A stretch of DNA of 23,770 bases, from NCBI GenBank assembly GCA_963624325.1, contig CAVFPH010000028.1:1-23770 (forward strand), read 5' to 3'. Below are positions 1-6,855 of the stretch, in pieces. Under the pieces are notes generated by a model that worked only from the letters and a program-made list of their open reading frames with translations, searched no databases and was not told the DNA's origin. The first letter of the stretch is position 1. Each line of letters starts with the position of its first letter. Both the position numbers and the translations under genes were made by a program. The DNA is from a bacterium. GTDB lineage: Bacteria; Bacillota; Clostridia; Christensenellales; Aristaeellaceae.

Positions 1-2377
1 CTTCGTGCTGGGCAATAAAGTACTCGCCCACGCGTTCACGCAGGTTATAGTGTCCCCAGTATTTGCCGTTAATGTAAACGATGACCGGGCGCCAGGCCTG
101 GTGGATCACGGAGGTATCCAGCTGATCGATCAATCGGCTTTGTACGCCGTCCACCATACGGGTCCAGACGCAGTCATTGCCGCTGTTGCGCAAAACAAAG
201 GCGCGGTACTGGGTGTATTCACGGTCCGGAAACAGGCTGCCGTTGATGTATTTGCTGCCGTAGCGTGCCTTGGCGGTTACTTTGAGGGATTTTTGCGGCA
301 TATCCAGGCTGAATTGGCCGATCAGCCCGAACTCGACCCCCTGACTGAATACAACCTCGCCCGTGTCCACCTCAAACATTTCGGCATAGGCGCTGACACG
401 CACCTTGTTTTCCTTTTGAACGCGGTACAGCGGGGAAGGATTTTTGAACGGAATGCCGGAATAGCTGTTCAGGTCAATGCCCTCGCCGGCTGCAAAGATG
501 CCCGTCTGCTCGTTCCACAGCCCATCCGGATCGGTGATCAGGCATACAACGGGCAGGGTATAGTAGGTTTTGAGCACATAGGTGGCTGAAACGGTTTCGG
601 AAGGCTGCAAACCGTTTTCAAAGGCACGGGCCCGCAGCGCCGTGGTTTCGGTGATGGTAAAGGGGCCTGTATACACGGTGCCGTTGGTCACGGTGGGAAT
701 GGAGCCGTCCAGCGTGTAGCGAACGGTGGCACCCTCCGGAACGGTGATGGAAATCGTAACGTTTTCATCGTACAGGCCGCCGGCTACATCCAGTGTCGGC
801 GTTTCCGAAAAGCCCAGGAAGCCCGTCACGTTTGCAGCCCCCGGCGTGGGAGCGTCATAATAAAAAAAATTGCCCGCTCCCAAGGTACGCCCATAGCTGT
901 AATCGGTGGGAATCAGGGGCAAATACAGCTTGTCCAGCACATAGCCGCTGGAATCGGAGAGCGTAAGCGTTTCGCCGCCTGCCCGCTTCAGTTTAAAGGA
1001 GGTATGCAGTGTACCGGAGGAGGAAACGGTGTTTTTGCCGTCCAGCATGACGATTTTGTACTCTCCGGGCCAGATTACCGTGCCCTCCGGAAACTGCCAT
1101 TTGCGCGGCCAGTTGATATTGTCCGAAAGCCCCCAGCCGCTTAGATTCACCGTTTCGGTTCCGGCATTGTAAATTTCCACCCAGTCTTTTTTGCCCTCCC
1201 CCGCAGCGGCGGTAATGCTGTCGTTGGAGGACATGACCTCGCTGATATACACCTTGTATGTGTTGAGCGCGCGCAGATATTCATCCGCGCGCGCGGTGCC
1301 GTTGCTGTTGTTGGGTTCGCCGGGAGTGGCCAGGGTGTATACCTTCCAGGTGTTTGTGCTTTCGTCCAGACCATAGCTGCAGTCCACCGTCAGGGTTTCA
1401 TACTGCACGCGGTCCACCAGCTGCCCAAGGGCATTGGAAAGCGTGACGATTTCTCCTTCGGCGGAGAGGCCGAAGTTGGTGTGCGGGTAGCCGGTTTCCG
1501 CGCCGTCTCGATCCTTGCCGGAGCAGAAAACGATGTAGTATTGCCCGGGATCAATGTAGGCGTTCTCGGGGAAGAACCATTTAAGCGGCTTGTCTTCATT
1601 GTCACTTAGGGCGTAATTGCTTAGATAGATGCGCTCCGTTCCGGCATTGTACAGTTCAATCCAGTCGGAGAGGTCGCCGTCCTCATCCCTCAGACCGCTG
1701 CGGGGCGCTGCCATGATTTCGTTGATGCGCAGGGTATCGGCCTGAATGGTATAGTGAGACAGGTATTGCACGTGCCCATCCTCGGTGTTCGGATACCCGG
1801 GGCTGAACTGCTCGGTAATCTCAAAGCTGCCGTCTTCCATGCGGGCATAGGACTCATTGACGTTCAGCGTAGGAACGGTCAGCGTTTCAATGGCTGTGCC
1901 GGAGGGATTGAACATATAGACCATGGTGCCGATGGATGACAGCTTGAATTTGGCATGGTAGGCCTTGCCAAGCTCATTTTGGTTATGGTCATCGCAGTAT
2001 ACGATCACACTTTCACCCGGTTCCAGCACCTGCGCGGGAAAGGCAAATTTTGCCTTGTCGGGACGGTTGGACAGGGTGATATTCTCCAAATTAATGGATT
2101 CGGAAGAAGTGTTGGTGATTTCAAGCCAGTCGCAGAAAGAACCGTTTTCATCCGGGAACGCGGACTTGTTGGAGGACATGACCTCGCTGATCACCAGTCC
2201 CTTATAGAGACCGGTGCCCGAACCATCGGCATTCAGCGCCTGGCTTACGGGTTCCAGCGGGCAGAGCAGAACCATGAAAATGGCAAAAGCAATAAAGGCA
2301 ATCAGCACATAGGGGCGGAAATCACGGCGCTTGATGAGGCGGCCTGCACCCTTGCGGCTGTGGGCAATTCGAGCCAT
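1..2377 (-). CDS. CotH-family (atypical kinase fold) surface protein with an N-terminal membrane anchor, three lamin-tail domains (LTD) and an Fn3-associated/chitobiase-C-like domain. It is 3'-truncated by the window edge (at least 792 codons).
   Basis: It is not in the supplied ORF track because there is no in-window stop. I hand-translated the minus strand from the ATG at 2377 (AGGAG at 2384-2388, 6 nt upstream) down to base 2 and found no stop. The N-terminus is MARIAHSRKGAGRLIKRRDFRPYVLIAFIAFAIFMVLLCPL, a signal-anchor. Three LTD-like units begin LVISEVMSSN...CDWLEITN, LRINEIMAAP...SDWIELYN and VYISEVMSSN...KDWVEIYN. PTLDVAGGLYDENVTISITVPEGATVRYTLDGSIPT...YTGPFTI matches the Fn3_assoc/CHB_HEX_C type. 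The tail ...YRAFVLRNSGNDCVWTRM...WRPVIVYINGKYWGHYNLRERVGEYF is the CotH core. Confidence 0.85.
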   Translation of the reverse strand, partial: MARIAHSRKGAGRLIKRRDFRPYVLIAFIAFAIFMVLLCPLEPVSQALNADGSGTGLYKGLVISEVMSSNKSAFPDENGSFCDWLEITNTSSESINLENITLSNRPDKAKFAFPAQVLEPGESVIVYCDDHNQNELGKAYHAKFKLSSIGTMVYMFNPSGTAIETLTVPTLNVNESYARMEDGSFEITEQFSPGYPNTEDGHVQYLSHYTIQADTLRINEIMAAPRSGLRDEDGDLSDWIELYNAGTERIYLSNYALSDNEDKPLKWFFPENAYIDPGQYYIVFCSGKDRDGAETGYPHTNFGLSAEGEIVTLSNALGQLVDRVQYETLTVDCSYGLDESTNTWKVYTLATPGEPNNSNGTARADEYLRALNTYKVYISEVMSSNDSITAAAGEGKKDWVEIYNAGTETVNLSGWGLSDNINWPRKWQFPEGTVIWPGEYKIVMLDGKNTVSSSGTLHTSFKLKRAGGETLTLSDSSGYVLDKLYLPLIPTDYSYGRTLGAGNFFYYDAPTPGAANVTGFLGFSETPTLDVAGGLYDENVTISITVPEGATVRYTLDGSIPTVTNGTVYTGPFTITETTALRARAFENGLQPSETVSATYVLKTYYTLPVVCLITDPDGLWNEQTGIFAAGEGIDLNSYSGIPFKNPSPLYRVQKENKVRVSAYAEMFEVDTGEVVFSQGVEFGLIGQFSLDMPQKSLKVTAKARYGSKYINGSLFPDREYTQYRAFVLRNSGNDCVWTRMVDGVQSRLIDQLDTSVIHQAWRPVIVYINGKYWGHYNLRERVGEYFIAQHE
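1223..2191. repeat. Exact 24-nt intragenic direct repeat, GTTGGAGGACATGACCTCGCTGAT, at 1223-1246 and 2168-2191
   Basis: Both copies were read directly from the sequence. Each encodes ISEVMSSN at the start of the first and third LTD modules of the CotH protein. Confidence 0.9.
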
Positions 2378-2411
2378 GGCAATCTCCTTTGAAGGAAAAT
2401 GTTACGAAAGC

Positions 2412-2420
2412 ATTATAACA
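2412..2420 (-). promoter_or_regulatory. Extended -10 element (TGTTATAAT) upstream of the CotH gene
   Basis: The reverse complement of 2412-2420 is TGTTATAAT, which fits TGnTATAAT. It ends about 35 nt upstream of the ATG at 2377. No good -35 is present, which is acceptable for extended -10 promoters. Confidence 0.45.
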
Positions 2421-2498
2421 CATATCAGAAACGTTGCGCCAGTTATTTCTTGTAAGAAACGATGGTTTGTGTAAATTTTATGCGAAAAAACCCGAAAA

Positions 2499-3875
2499 CT
2501 ATTGATTTTTCGCATTTCGCCGGCCGGCAGCCAGCTCGATGGCCTCGATTTCATGGTCGGGGGTGAAACGGCGCCAGCTGTGCATCAGCAGGATGCCCAA
2601 GGGCAGCAGGGTTACGGCGCGGAAAATTGTGGTAAACTGCACGGAGGTAATGGGGATGCTGCCGATATACAGCACGCGGCTGCCGAAAGCATTGCACCAC
2701 AGTGTGCCGGTCATCAGCCCAAGGAAGGCGAACACATTGCAGAATACCGATTGAAAACAGGTATGCGTGGTGGCATTTTCACGCGGAAGGTTCATATAGA
2801 AAATGTTGGCATAGCTCAGGTTCAGCCCCACGGAAACCAGATGCTGAACCATAACGGCAGGAAGGTAGATCCACTTGGTTACCGGCGATAAAAAGAACAT
2901 CATCAGTTCCGTAGGTACCCAGGCGGCAACACAGAAGCCGAATGTGCGGATCCAGGAATAACGACCCAGCACGCGCCGCCACATGGGCGTAAAGAGCAGC
3001 AGGAAAAGCGGATAGGCTGCCGAGACAAAATTGATCGTGCTGTAGGGGAAACCGACGGTGTTCAGCAGATAATAGGACCACAGGCTGCTGTTCAAATTGG
3101 CAATATAGTTCCAGACAAAGATCAGCAGCAGGCAGGCCATAAATTTTTTGTACTTGAGGGAAAGTGTAAATACTTCGCGCAGATGCACGCGCTCCTTGCG
3201 CACGGGGTAGGGGTATTCTTTGGCCATGGCCTGCATGCCGACATCCAGCAGCACCAGCACGAAGGCAAAATAGCGCATTCCCAGGACCAGCTCGTTCTGC
3301 TTGCCCGCCCGCGCGGCCAGCATGGTCATCACGCCGGAGAGAAGCAGGGCGCCGTTGGAGGCTACGGAGCTGAAAATCTGGTTATCACTGATGTACGCCG
3401 CACGCAGATGCTGATCTTCGGGATAAAACGCATAGAACCAGGGGGTAAAGCCTGCACTGAACATGCTGTACACCGCATGGGATACAAACTGCAGAATGCA
3501 AAACCACAGCACCCTTGCCTGCGTATCTTTTACGATCAGCGGCATCACGGTGGTTGCGATGATATAGAGGGCATAGAAAAAGACCTTTGCCCCGACCAAT
3601 ACCCACTTGCGGTGCTGAATGCGCTCCAGAATCATGGGAGAAAACATGAAAAAACAGTTGGCCAGCGGGGGAATAAAGGAGATAATGCCGACCCCGACCA
3701 GGTCAATATCATACATGCTTAAAAATCCGGTGTGGAACACGCCGGTGATAAACACATTGTATACGGCGGTCAGCAGGGCACTGCAAAGCGAGATCGTTCG
3801 CCCCTTTTTCTGTTCGTCCTTCCAGCCGTAGATCTGCTTAAGCTCCGAAAGCGCGTGGGATGCACGTCTCTTCAT
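2499..3875 (-). CDS. Polytopic membrane transporter, MFS-like (about 12 TM segments)
   Basis: The ORF is 458 aa with SD GAGGTGA 4 nt before the ATG at 3875. Hydrophobic segments run throughout. Basic loops of the type ERIQHRKW and MWRRVLGRYSW sit after the TM2- and TM8-equivalent segments, as in MFS/GPH carriers. The substrate is unknown. Confidence 0.6.
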   Translation of the reverse strand: MKRRASHALSELKQIYGWKDEQKKGRTISLCSALLTAVYNVFITGVFHTGFLSMYDIDLVGVGIISFIPPLANCFFMFSPMILERIQHRKWVLVGAKVFFYALYIIATTVMPLIVKDTQARVLWFCILQFVSHAVYSMFSAGFTPWFYAFYPEDQHLRAAYISDNQIFSSVASNGALLLSGVMTMLAARAGKQNELVLGMRYFAFVLVLLDVGMQAMAKEYPYPVRKERVHLREVFTLSLKYKKFMACLLLIFVWNYIANLNSSLWSYYLLNTVGFPYSTINFVSAAYPLFLLLFTPMWRRVLGRYSWIRTFGFCVAAWVPTELMMFFLSPVTKWIYLPAVMVQHLVSVGLNLSYANIFYMNLPRENATTHTCFQSVFCNVFAFLGLMTGTLWCNAFGSRVLYIGSIPITSVQFTTIFRAVTLLPLGILLMHSWRRFTPDHEIEAIELAAGRRNAKNQ

Positions 3876-3903
3876 AATCTCACCTCATGAACCGGTTGAG
3901 CAG

Positions 3904-3912
3904 ATTACAACA
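3904..3912 (-). promoter_or_regulatory. Possible extended -10 (TGTTGTAAT) for the MFS gene
   Basis: The reverse complement of 3904-3912 is TGTTGTAAT, about 29 nt upstream of the ATG at 3875. There is no recognisable -35. Confidence 0.3.
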
Positions 3913-4239
3913 TGTGATCCGGCATCGCTCTGCGGCCTATGCGCTGATCCGCTTCATTGCCGCAGTTTTGCCGGATGCGAAAACCGCCATGTCGTCATGA
4001 GTACGGGCATATTGCCCTTCCCCATGTGCATCGATTTTTCGGGCTTTATTGTAGCAGGGTTCGCGGTGGATGACAAGGGGCTTATCGTCCTTTTTCGCTT
4101 CCCGACAGCGTGCGCATAACATGCAGGACGCAGCCGATTTTCGACGGCTTCAGCGCACATTCGTATTGCCGACAATATAATCAAAATCATAACAGCGGCT
4201 TGTAAAAACCCGCAACAATGGATAATTCAATAGCAAGAA

Positions 4240-4268
4240 TTGACAAAACAGACAAACGCCGCTATACT
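4240..4268 (+). promoter_or_regulatory. Sigma-A type promoter of rubrerythrin
   Basis: TTGACA (4240-4245), an exact 17-nt spacer, then TATACT (4263-4268). It lies about 30 nt upstream of the SD. Confidence 0.75.
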
Positions 4269-4311
4269 GATAAGGAGCAGCGAGCTGTTTAGCGAAAGGA
4301 GAATGAAAAAT

Positions 4312-4854
4312 ATGAAAGACACCAAGTATACGGGAACCCAAACCGAAAAAAACCTGCTCGCAGCGTTTGCAGGGGAATCCGAGGCAAGAAACAAGTATAC
4401 ATATTTTGCCTCTGTGGCCAAGAAGCAGGGATATGAGCAGATTGCTGCCCTTTTTCTGAAAACCGCCGAAAATGAAAAGGAGCATGCTAAACTGTGGCTG
4501 AAGGAGCTGCAGGGAATCGGCAGCACGGCGGAAAATCTGCTTGCCGCCGCAGAAGGCGAAAATTACGAATGGACGGATATGTACGAGGGCTTTGCAAAAA
4601 CGGCCGAGGAAGAAGGCTTTGCCGATTTGGCCCGCCGCTTCCGTCTGATTGCCGCAATCGAAAAGCACCATGAAGAACGCTATCGGGCTCTGCTGCACAA
4701 TGTGGAGGCGGCCGAGGTTTTTGCCAAGAGCGATGTAAAAGTGTGGGAATGCCGCAACTGCGGCCATATCGTTGTGGGGACTGCTGCGCCTGATGTCTGC
4801 CCTGCCTGCAACCATCCGCAGAGCTATTTTGAAATTTGCGCAGAGAACTATTGA
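4312..4854 (+). CDS. rbr: Rubrerythrin (di-iron four-helix bundle plus C-terminal rubredoxin-like CxxC...CxxC domain)
   Basis: The sequence [29 protein letters not shown]...EKEHAKLW...ENYEWTDMY...EERY and the C-terminal [10 protein letters not shown]...CPACNHP are diagnostic. The track ORF starts at 4240, inside the promoter. GGAG at 4298-4301 gives 10-nt spacing to the ATG at 4312, so I chose that start. The ATG at 4303 is too close to the SD. Confidence 0.93.
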   Translation: MKDTKYTGTQTEKNLLAAFAGESEARNKYTYFASVAKKQGYEQIAALFLKTAENEKEHAKLWLKELQGIGSTAENLLAAAEGENYEWTDMYEGFAKTAEEEGFADLARRFRLIAAIEKHHEERYRALLHNVEAAEVFAKSDVKVWECRNCGHIVVGTAAPDVCPACNHPQSYFEICAENY

Positions 4855-4867
4855 TCTGATGAAGTGT

Positions 4868-4907
4868 TTCATCCCGGGCTGCACCGTAAAGGTCGGCTCG
4901 GGATGAA
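4868..4907 (+). terminator. Hairpin downstream of rbr (possible weak terminator)
   Basis: TTCATCCCGGGC (4868-4879) pairs with GCTCGGGATGAA (4896-4907) over 12 bp, including one G-U. The loop is 16 nt and is followed by TGCTTTGC. The U-tract is poor and the loop is large. Confidence 0.35.
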
Positions 4908-4930
4908 TGCTTTGCTATGCAGCGGATGCC

Positions 4931-4959
4931 TTGACATTTGCCCGGATCGGATGTATAGT
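4931..4959 (+). promoter_or_regulatory. Sigma-A type promoter of the HMA gene
   Basis: TTGACA (4931-4936), a 17-nt spacer, then TATAGT (4954-4959). It lies inside the N-terminal extension of track ORF 4864..5268, which argues against that extension. Confidence 0.7.
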
Positions 4960-5010
4960 ATGAAATGGTTAGAGAAATCTAATCACACCTCGGAAAGGAG
5001 CTGCGTTTGC

Positions 5011-5268
5011 ATGATTGAGACAACGGTGAAGATTGACGGGATGATGTGCGGCATGTGCGAGGCACATGTCAGTGATGTTATCCGCAATCAATTCCATATC
5101 AAAAAAGTAACGGCTTCCCACAGCAAAGGACAGGCCGTCATCGTGTCGGATGCCCCGCTGGACGAAGCCGCTCTGCGCAAGGCGATTGGGGACACCGGCT
5201 ATACCGTGACGGATGTTGCCATGCGTCCTTATGAGAAAAAAGGGCTGCTGGGGATATTCAAGCACTGA
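5011..5268 (+). CDS. Stand-alone heavy-metal-associated (HMA) domain protein, copper-chaperone-like
   Basis: The protein is 85 aa: MIETTVKIDGMMCGMCEAHVSDVIRN...GYTV, with the GMxCxxC metal-binding loop and a ferredoxin-like fold pattern. The SD AAAGGAG ends 10 nt before the ATG at 5011. Confidence 0.85.
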   Translation: MIETTVKIDGMMCGMCEAHVSDVIRNQFHIKKVTASHSKGQAVIVSDAPLDEAALRKAIGDTGYTVTDVAMRPYEKKGLLGIFKH

Positions 5269-5291
5269 TAGGGCGATCTGAAATATCTGAA

Positions 5292-5327
5292 AATCGGCAC
5301 GGCCGGGGAGATCCGACCATGCCGATT
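5292..5327. terminator. Bidirectional intrinsic terminator between the convergent HMA and regulator genes
   Basis: AATCGGCACGGCCGG (5292-5306) pairs with CCGACCATGCCGATT (5313-5327) at 13 of 15 positions, with a 6-nt loop. T-rich flanks are present on both strands (GTTCTTT on the plus strand, TTTTCAG on the minus strand). Confidence 0.7.
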
Positions 5328-5338
5328 GTTCTTTATCA

Positions 5339-6079
5339 TTACAGTTCTGCTTCCAGCCGTACGCAGCGGCCGACCACATGCACCTCGTCAACCGCCATGA
5401 TCTCGCTTTCACAGGCGGCATCATAGCGCTGCAGCAGCACCTTGAAATTATCCAGACGCTTTATCATGCGAAGCATGCGTCCCTGCGGGGTTTGAATGAG
5501 CATCATTGCGCCGTCCACGGGTGAGGAGGCCGGCACCACCAGCACGAGATCGCCCCGGGCAACGCGAAAGCCGCGCATATCATCGTCCGGCGCCATAAAA
5601 TAAAATACCTTTTCGGGAGAGGCACCCTCGATTTTGCCGTTTTCAACCGGAAGCAGCCGATGCCCGACCTCTTTCATGACGGCATTGTATACGGGCACGC
5701 GGCGCAGCACATTGGCCAGCGCATCCAGCCAGATGGAGCCGCTGACGCCTTCATCCTGCGTGGAAGCTGCCGTTTCGGCATCCGGACGGAGTTTCTCGCT
5801 TTTTTTGCGCAGGGTAGTCTGGGCACGGACCACCGTATCGCTGGCAGACTGCAGATCTACCGTGGCGGCAATGTCATCCAGACTGAATTCCGCCTCGGTT
5901 TGCTGCTGAAGCCCCATGGACTTCAAAATGCGCCGTGCCTGGTCATCGGCAATAATGCGCGTGCCCTGTTCCACATCCAACAGATATTTTTCGCTGACGC
6001 CGCACTTCTTCGCCACCTGCTTGGCACTCAGTCCGCGGCGCGTGCGTTCAAGCTTCAACAAATCGCCCAGTCTGCTCAT
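5339..6079 (-). CDS. CI/LexA-like transcriptional regulator: N-terminal XRE-type HTH, a long linker and a C-terminal S24-peptidase-like domain with Asp at the catalytic Ser position
   Basis: The HTH is LSAKQVAKKCGVSEKYLLDVEQG. The C-terminal FMAPDDDMRGFRVARGDLVLV...GRMLRMIKRL aligns by eye to the LexA motif GMSM...DGDLL.V...VKRL. GGAGG lies 8 nt before the ATG at 6079, so I chose that start. The track start at 6094 is a TTG overlapping the SD. Confidence 0.8.
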   Translation of the reverse strand: MSRLGDLLKLERTRRGLSAKQVAKKCGVSEKYLLDVEQGTRIIADDQARRILKSMGLQQQTEAEFSLDDIAATVDLQSASDTVVRAQTTLRKKSEKLRPDAETAASTQDEGVSGSIWLDALANVLRRVPVYNAVMKEVGHRLLPVENGKIEGASPEKVFYFMAPDDDMRGFRVARGDLVLVVPASSPVDGAMMLIQTPQGRMLRMIKRLDNFKVLLQRYDAACESEIMAVDEVHVVGRCVRLEAEL

Positions 6080-6112
6080 AAGTAAAGCCTCCAATCATTG
6101 TTGCAATTAATT

Positions 6113-6140
6113 AGTATAGCCCTTTTCGGACAAATTTCAA
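6113..6140 (-). promoter_or_regulatory. Promoter of the CI-like regulator
   Basis: On the minus strand: TTGAAA (rc of 6135-6140), a 16-nt spacer, then TATACT (rc of 6113-6118). It lies about 34 nt upstream of the ATG at 6079. Confidence 0.6.
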
Positions 6141-6150
6141 GGCATTGCAC

Positions 6151-6179
6151 TTGCTTTCTCCTGCGCTGCATTGTACAAT
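6151..6179 (+). promoter_or_regulatory. Promoter of the YczE-like membrane protein gene
   Basis: TTGCTT (6151-6156), a 17-nt spacer, then TACAAT (6174-6179). It lies about 30 nt upstream of the ATG at 6211. Confidence 0.5.
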
Positions 6180-6180
6180 G
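6169..6180. promoter_or_regulatory. Perfect 12-bp palindrome CATTGTACAATG overlapping the -10 (candidate operator)
   Basis: CATTGTACAATG is its own reverse complement and covers the TACAAT -10 hexamer. A related GCATTGCAC half-site-like copy lies at 6142-6150. Confidence 0.4.
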
Positions 6181-6210
6181 GCTTTGTAAACGGCGGAAGG
6201 CGGGATTGAG

Positions 6211-6855
6211 ATGAACATTCGGTTAAAGCGTATCTTGATGAGCATTGCAGGCGTTTTGCTCTGCGGCATGCATGCCGGCATATATAAATATGCCGCTTTT
6301 GGCGTGGATCCCTTTCAATGCTTTGTTTTCGGCGCGGACGCCGCTGTTCCCATTGCCTATGGTACGCTGTATGTGCTGCTGAACGCGGGGCTGCTGATTT
6401 TTTCGCTTTTGGCGGATCGACGCTATATCGGCCTGGCTACAGTGCTCAACATGTTCTTCCTGGGCTATGTTGTGCAATTTACCCAAGATGTGCTGGCTGC
6501 CTGGCTGCCCGAGCCCCTGCTTTGGCAGCGGCTTGTGCTGATGGCCGAGGGCTTTGCGGGACTGTGCTTTTCGGCATCGCTGTACATGACGGCCGATCTT
6601 GGCGTATCCACTTACGATGCGGTAGCGCTCATCATTTCCCGCACCTGGCATAAGGGACAGTTCCGCTTTGTCCGCATTATGACGGACTTTGTCTGCGTTG
6701 CCATCGGATGCGTGCTGTATCTGCTGGCCGGAAACAGGATTGATACCATCCTGGACATCGCTGGACCGGGCACCATCCTGTGCGCCGCATGCATGGGGCC
6801 GCTGGTTGACTGGTTCAACCGCCGTGTTTCCATTCCCCTTCTGCAGGAGCGATAA
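6211..6855 (+). CDS. Small polytopic membrane protein, YczE/YyaS-like (uncharacterised family)
   Basis: The protein is 214 aa with about 6 TM segments. The pattern GVLLCGMHAGIYKYAAFGVDPF...YGTLYVLLNAGLLIFSLL...IGLATVLNMFFLGYVV recalls YczE-type proteins. A GGAAGG-type SD lies upstream. The family assignment is from memory only. Confidence 0.55.
   Translation: MNIRLKRILMSIAGVLLCGMHAGIYKYAAFGVDPFQCFVFGADAAVPIAYGTLYVLLNAGLLIFSLLADRRYIGLATVLNMFFLGYVVQFTQDVLAAWLPEPLLWQRLVLMAEGFAGLCFSASLYMTADLGVSTYDAVALIISRTWHKGQFRFVRIMTDFVCVAIGCVLYLLAGNRIDTILDIAGPGTILCAACMGPLVDWFNRRVSIPLLQER

Noticed and set aside
1267-1295. Alternating-GC inverted repeat GCGCGCGC-N12-GCGCGCGCG inside the CotH gene (potential hairpin or Z-DNA)
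   Set aside because: It is most simply a by-product of Ala-Arg-Ala codons (GCG CGC GCG) used twice in the linker ...TARADEYLRAL.... There is no flanking signal suggesting a regulatory role.
5-2392. Plus-strand ORFs 5..589, 1754..1939 and 1955..2392, and minus-strand ORFs 1147..1374 and 1390..1605
   Set aside because: All lie inside the continuous 792-codon CotH/LTD reading frame, on the opposite strand or in off-frames. None has an SD or recognisable motifs.
2481-2514. AT-rich inverted repeat TGCGAAAAA...TTTTTCGCA at the end of the MFS gene, considered as a terminator
   Set aside because: On the transcribed (minus) strand the first arm lies inside the MFS coding sequence and the loop contains the stop codon. 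The stem is short and AT-rich, so it is not a convincing intrinsic terminator.
3937-4190. Two overlapping small minus-strand ORFs (61 and 78 aa) between the MFS and rbr genes
   Set aside because: There is no Shine-Dalgarno sequence before either start. They are in mutually exclusive frames and have no recognisable domain. I kept the region only as an unexplained spacer in the findings.
4224-4241. AATTC-N8-GAATT inverted repeat abutting the rbr -35, considered as a PerR/Fur-type operator
   Set aside because: The arms are only 5 bp, and it does not resemble the Per box (TTATAATnATTATAA) or the Fur box. It is too weak to call.
4864-5010. A 49-aa N-terminal extension of the HMA ORF as given in the track
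   Set aside because: The extension contains the TTGACA-17-TATAGT promoter and the AAAGGAG SD that serve the internal ATG at 5011. HMA domains begin right at that Met.
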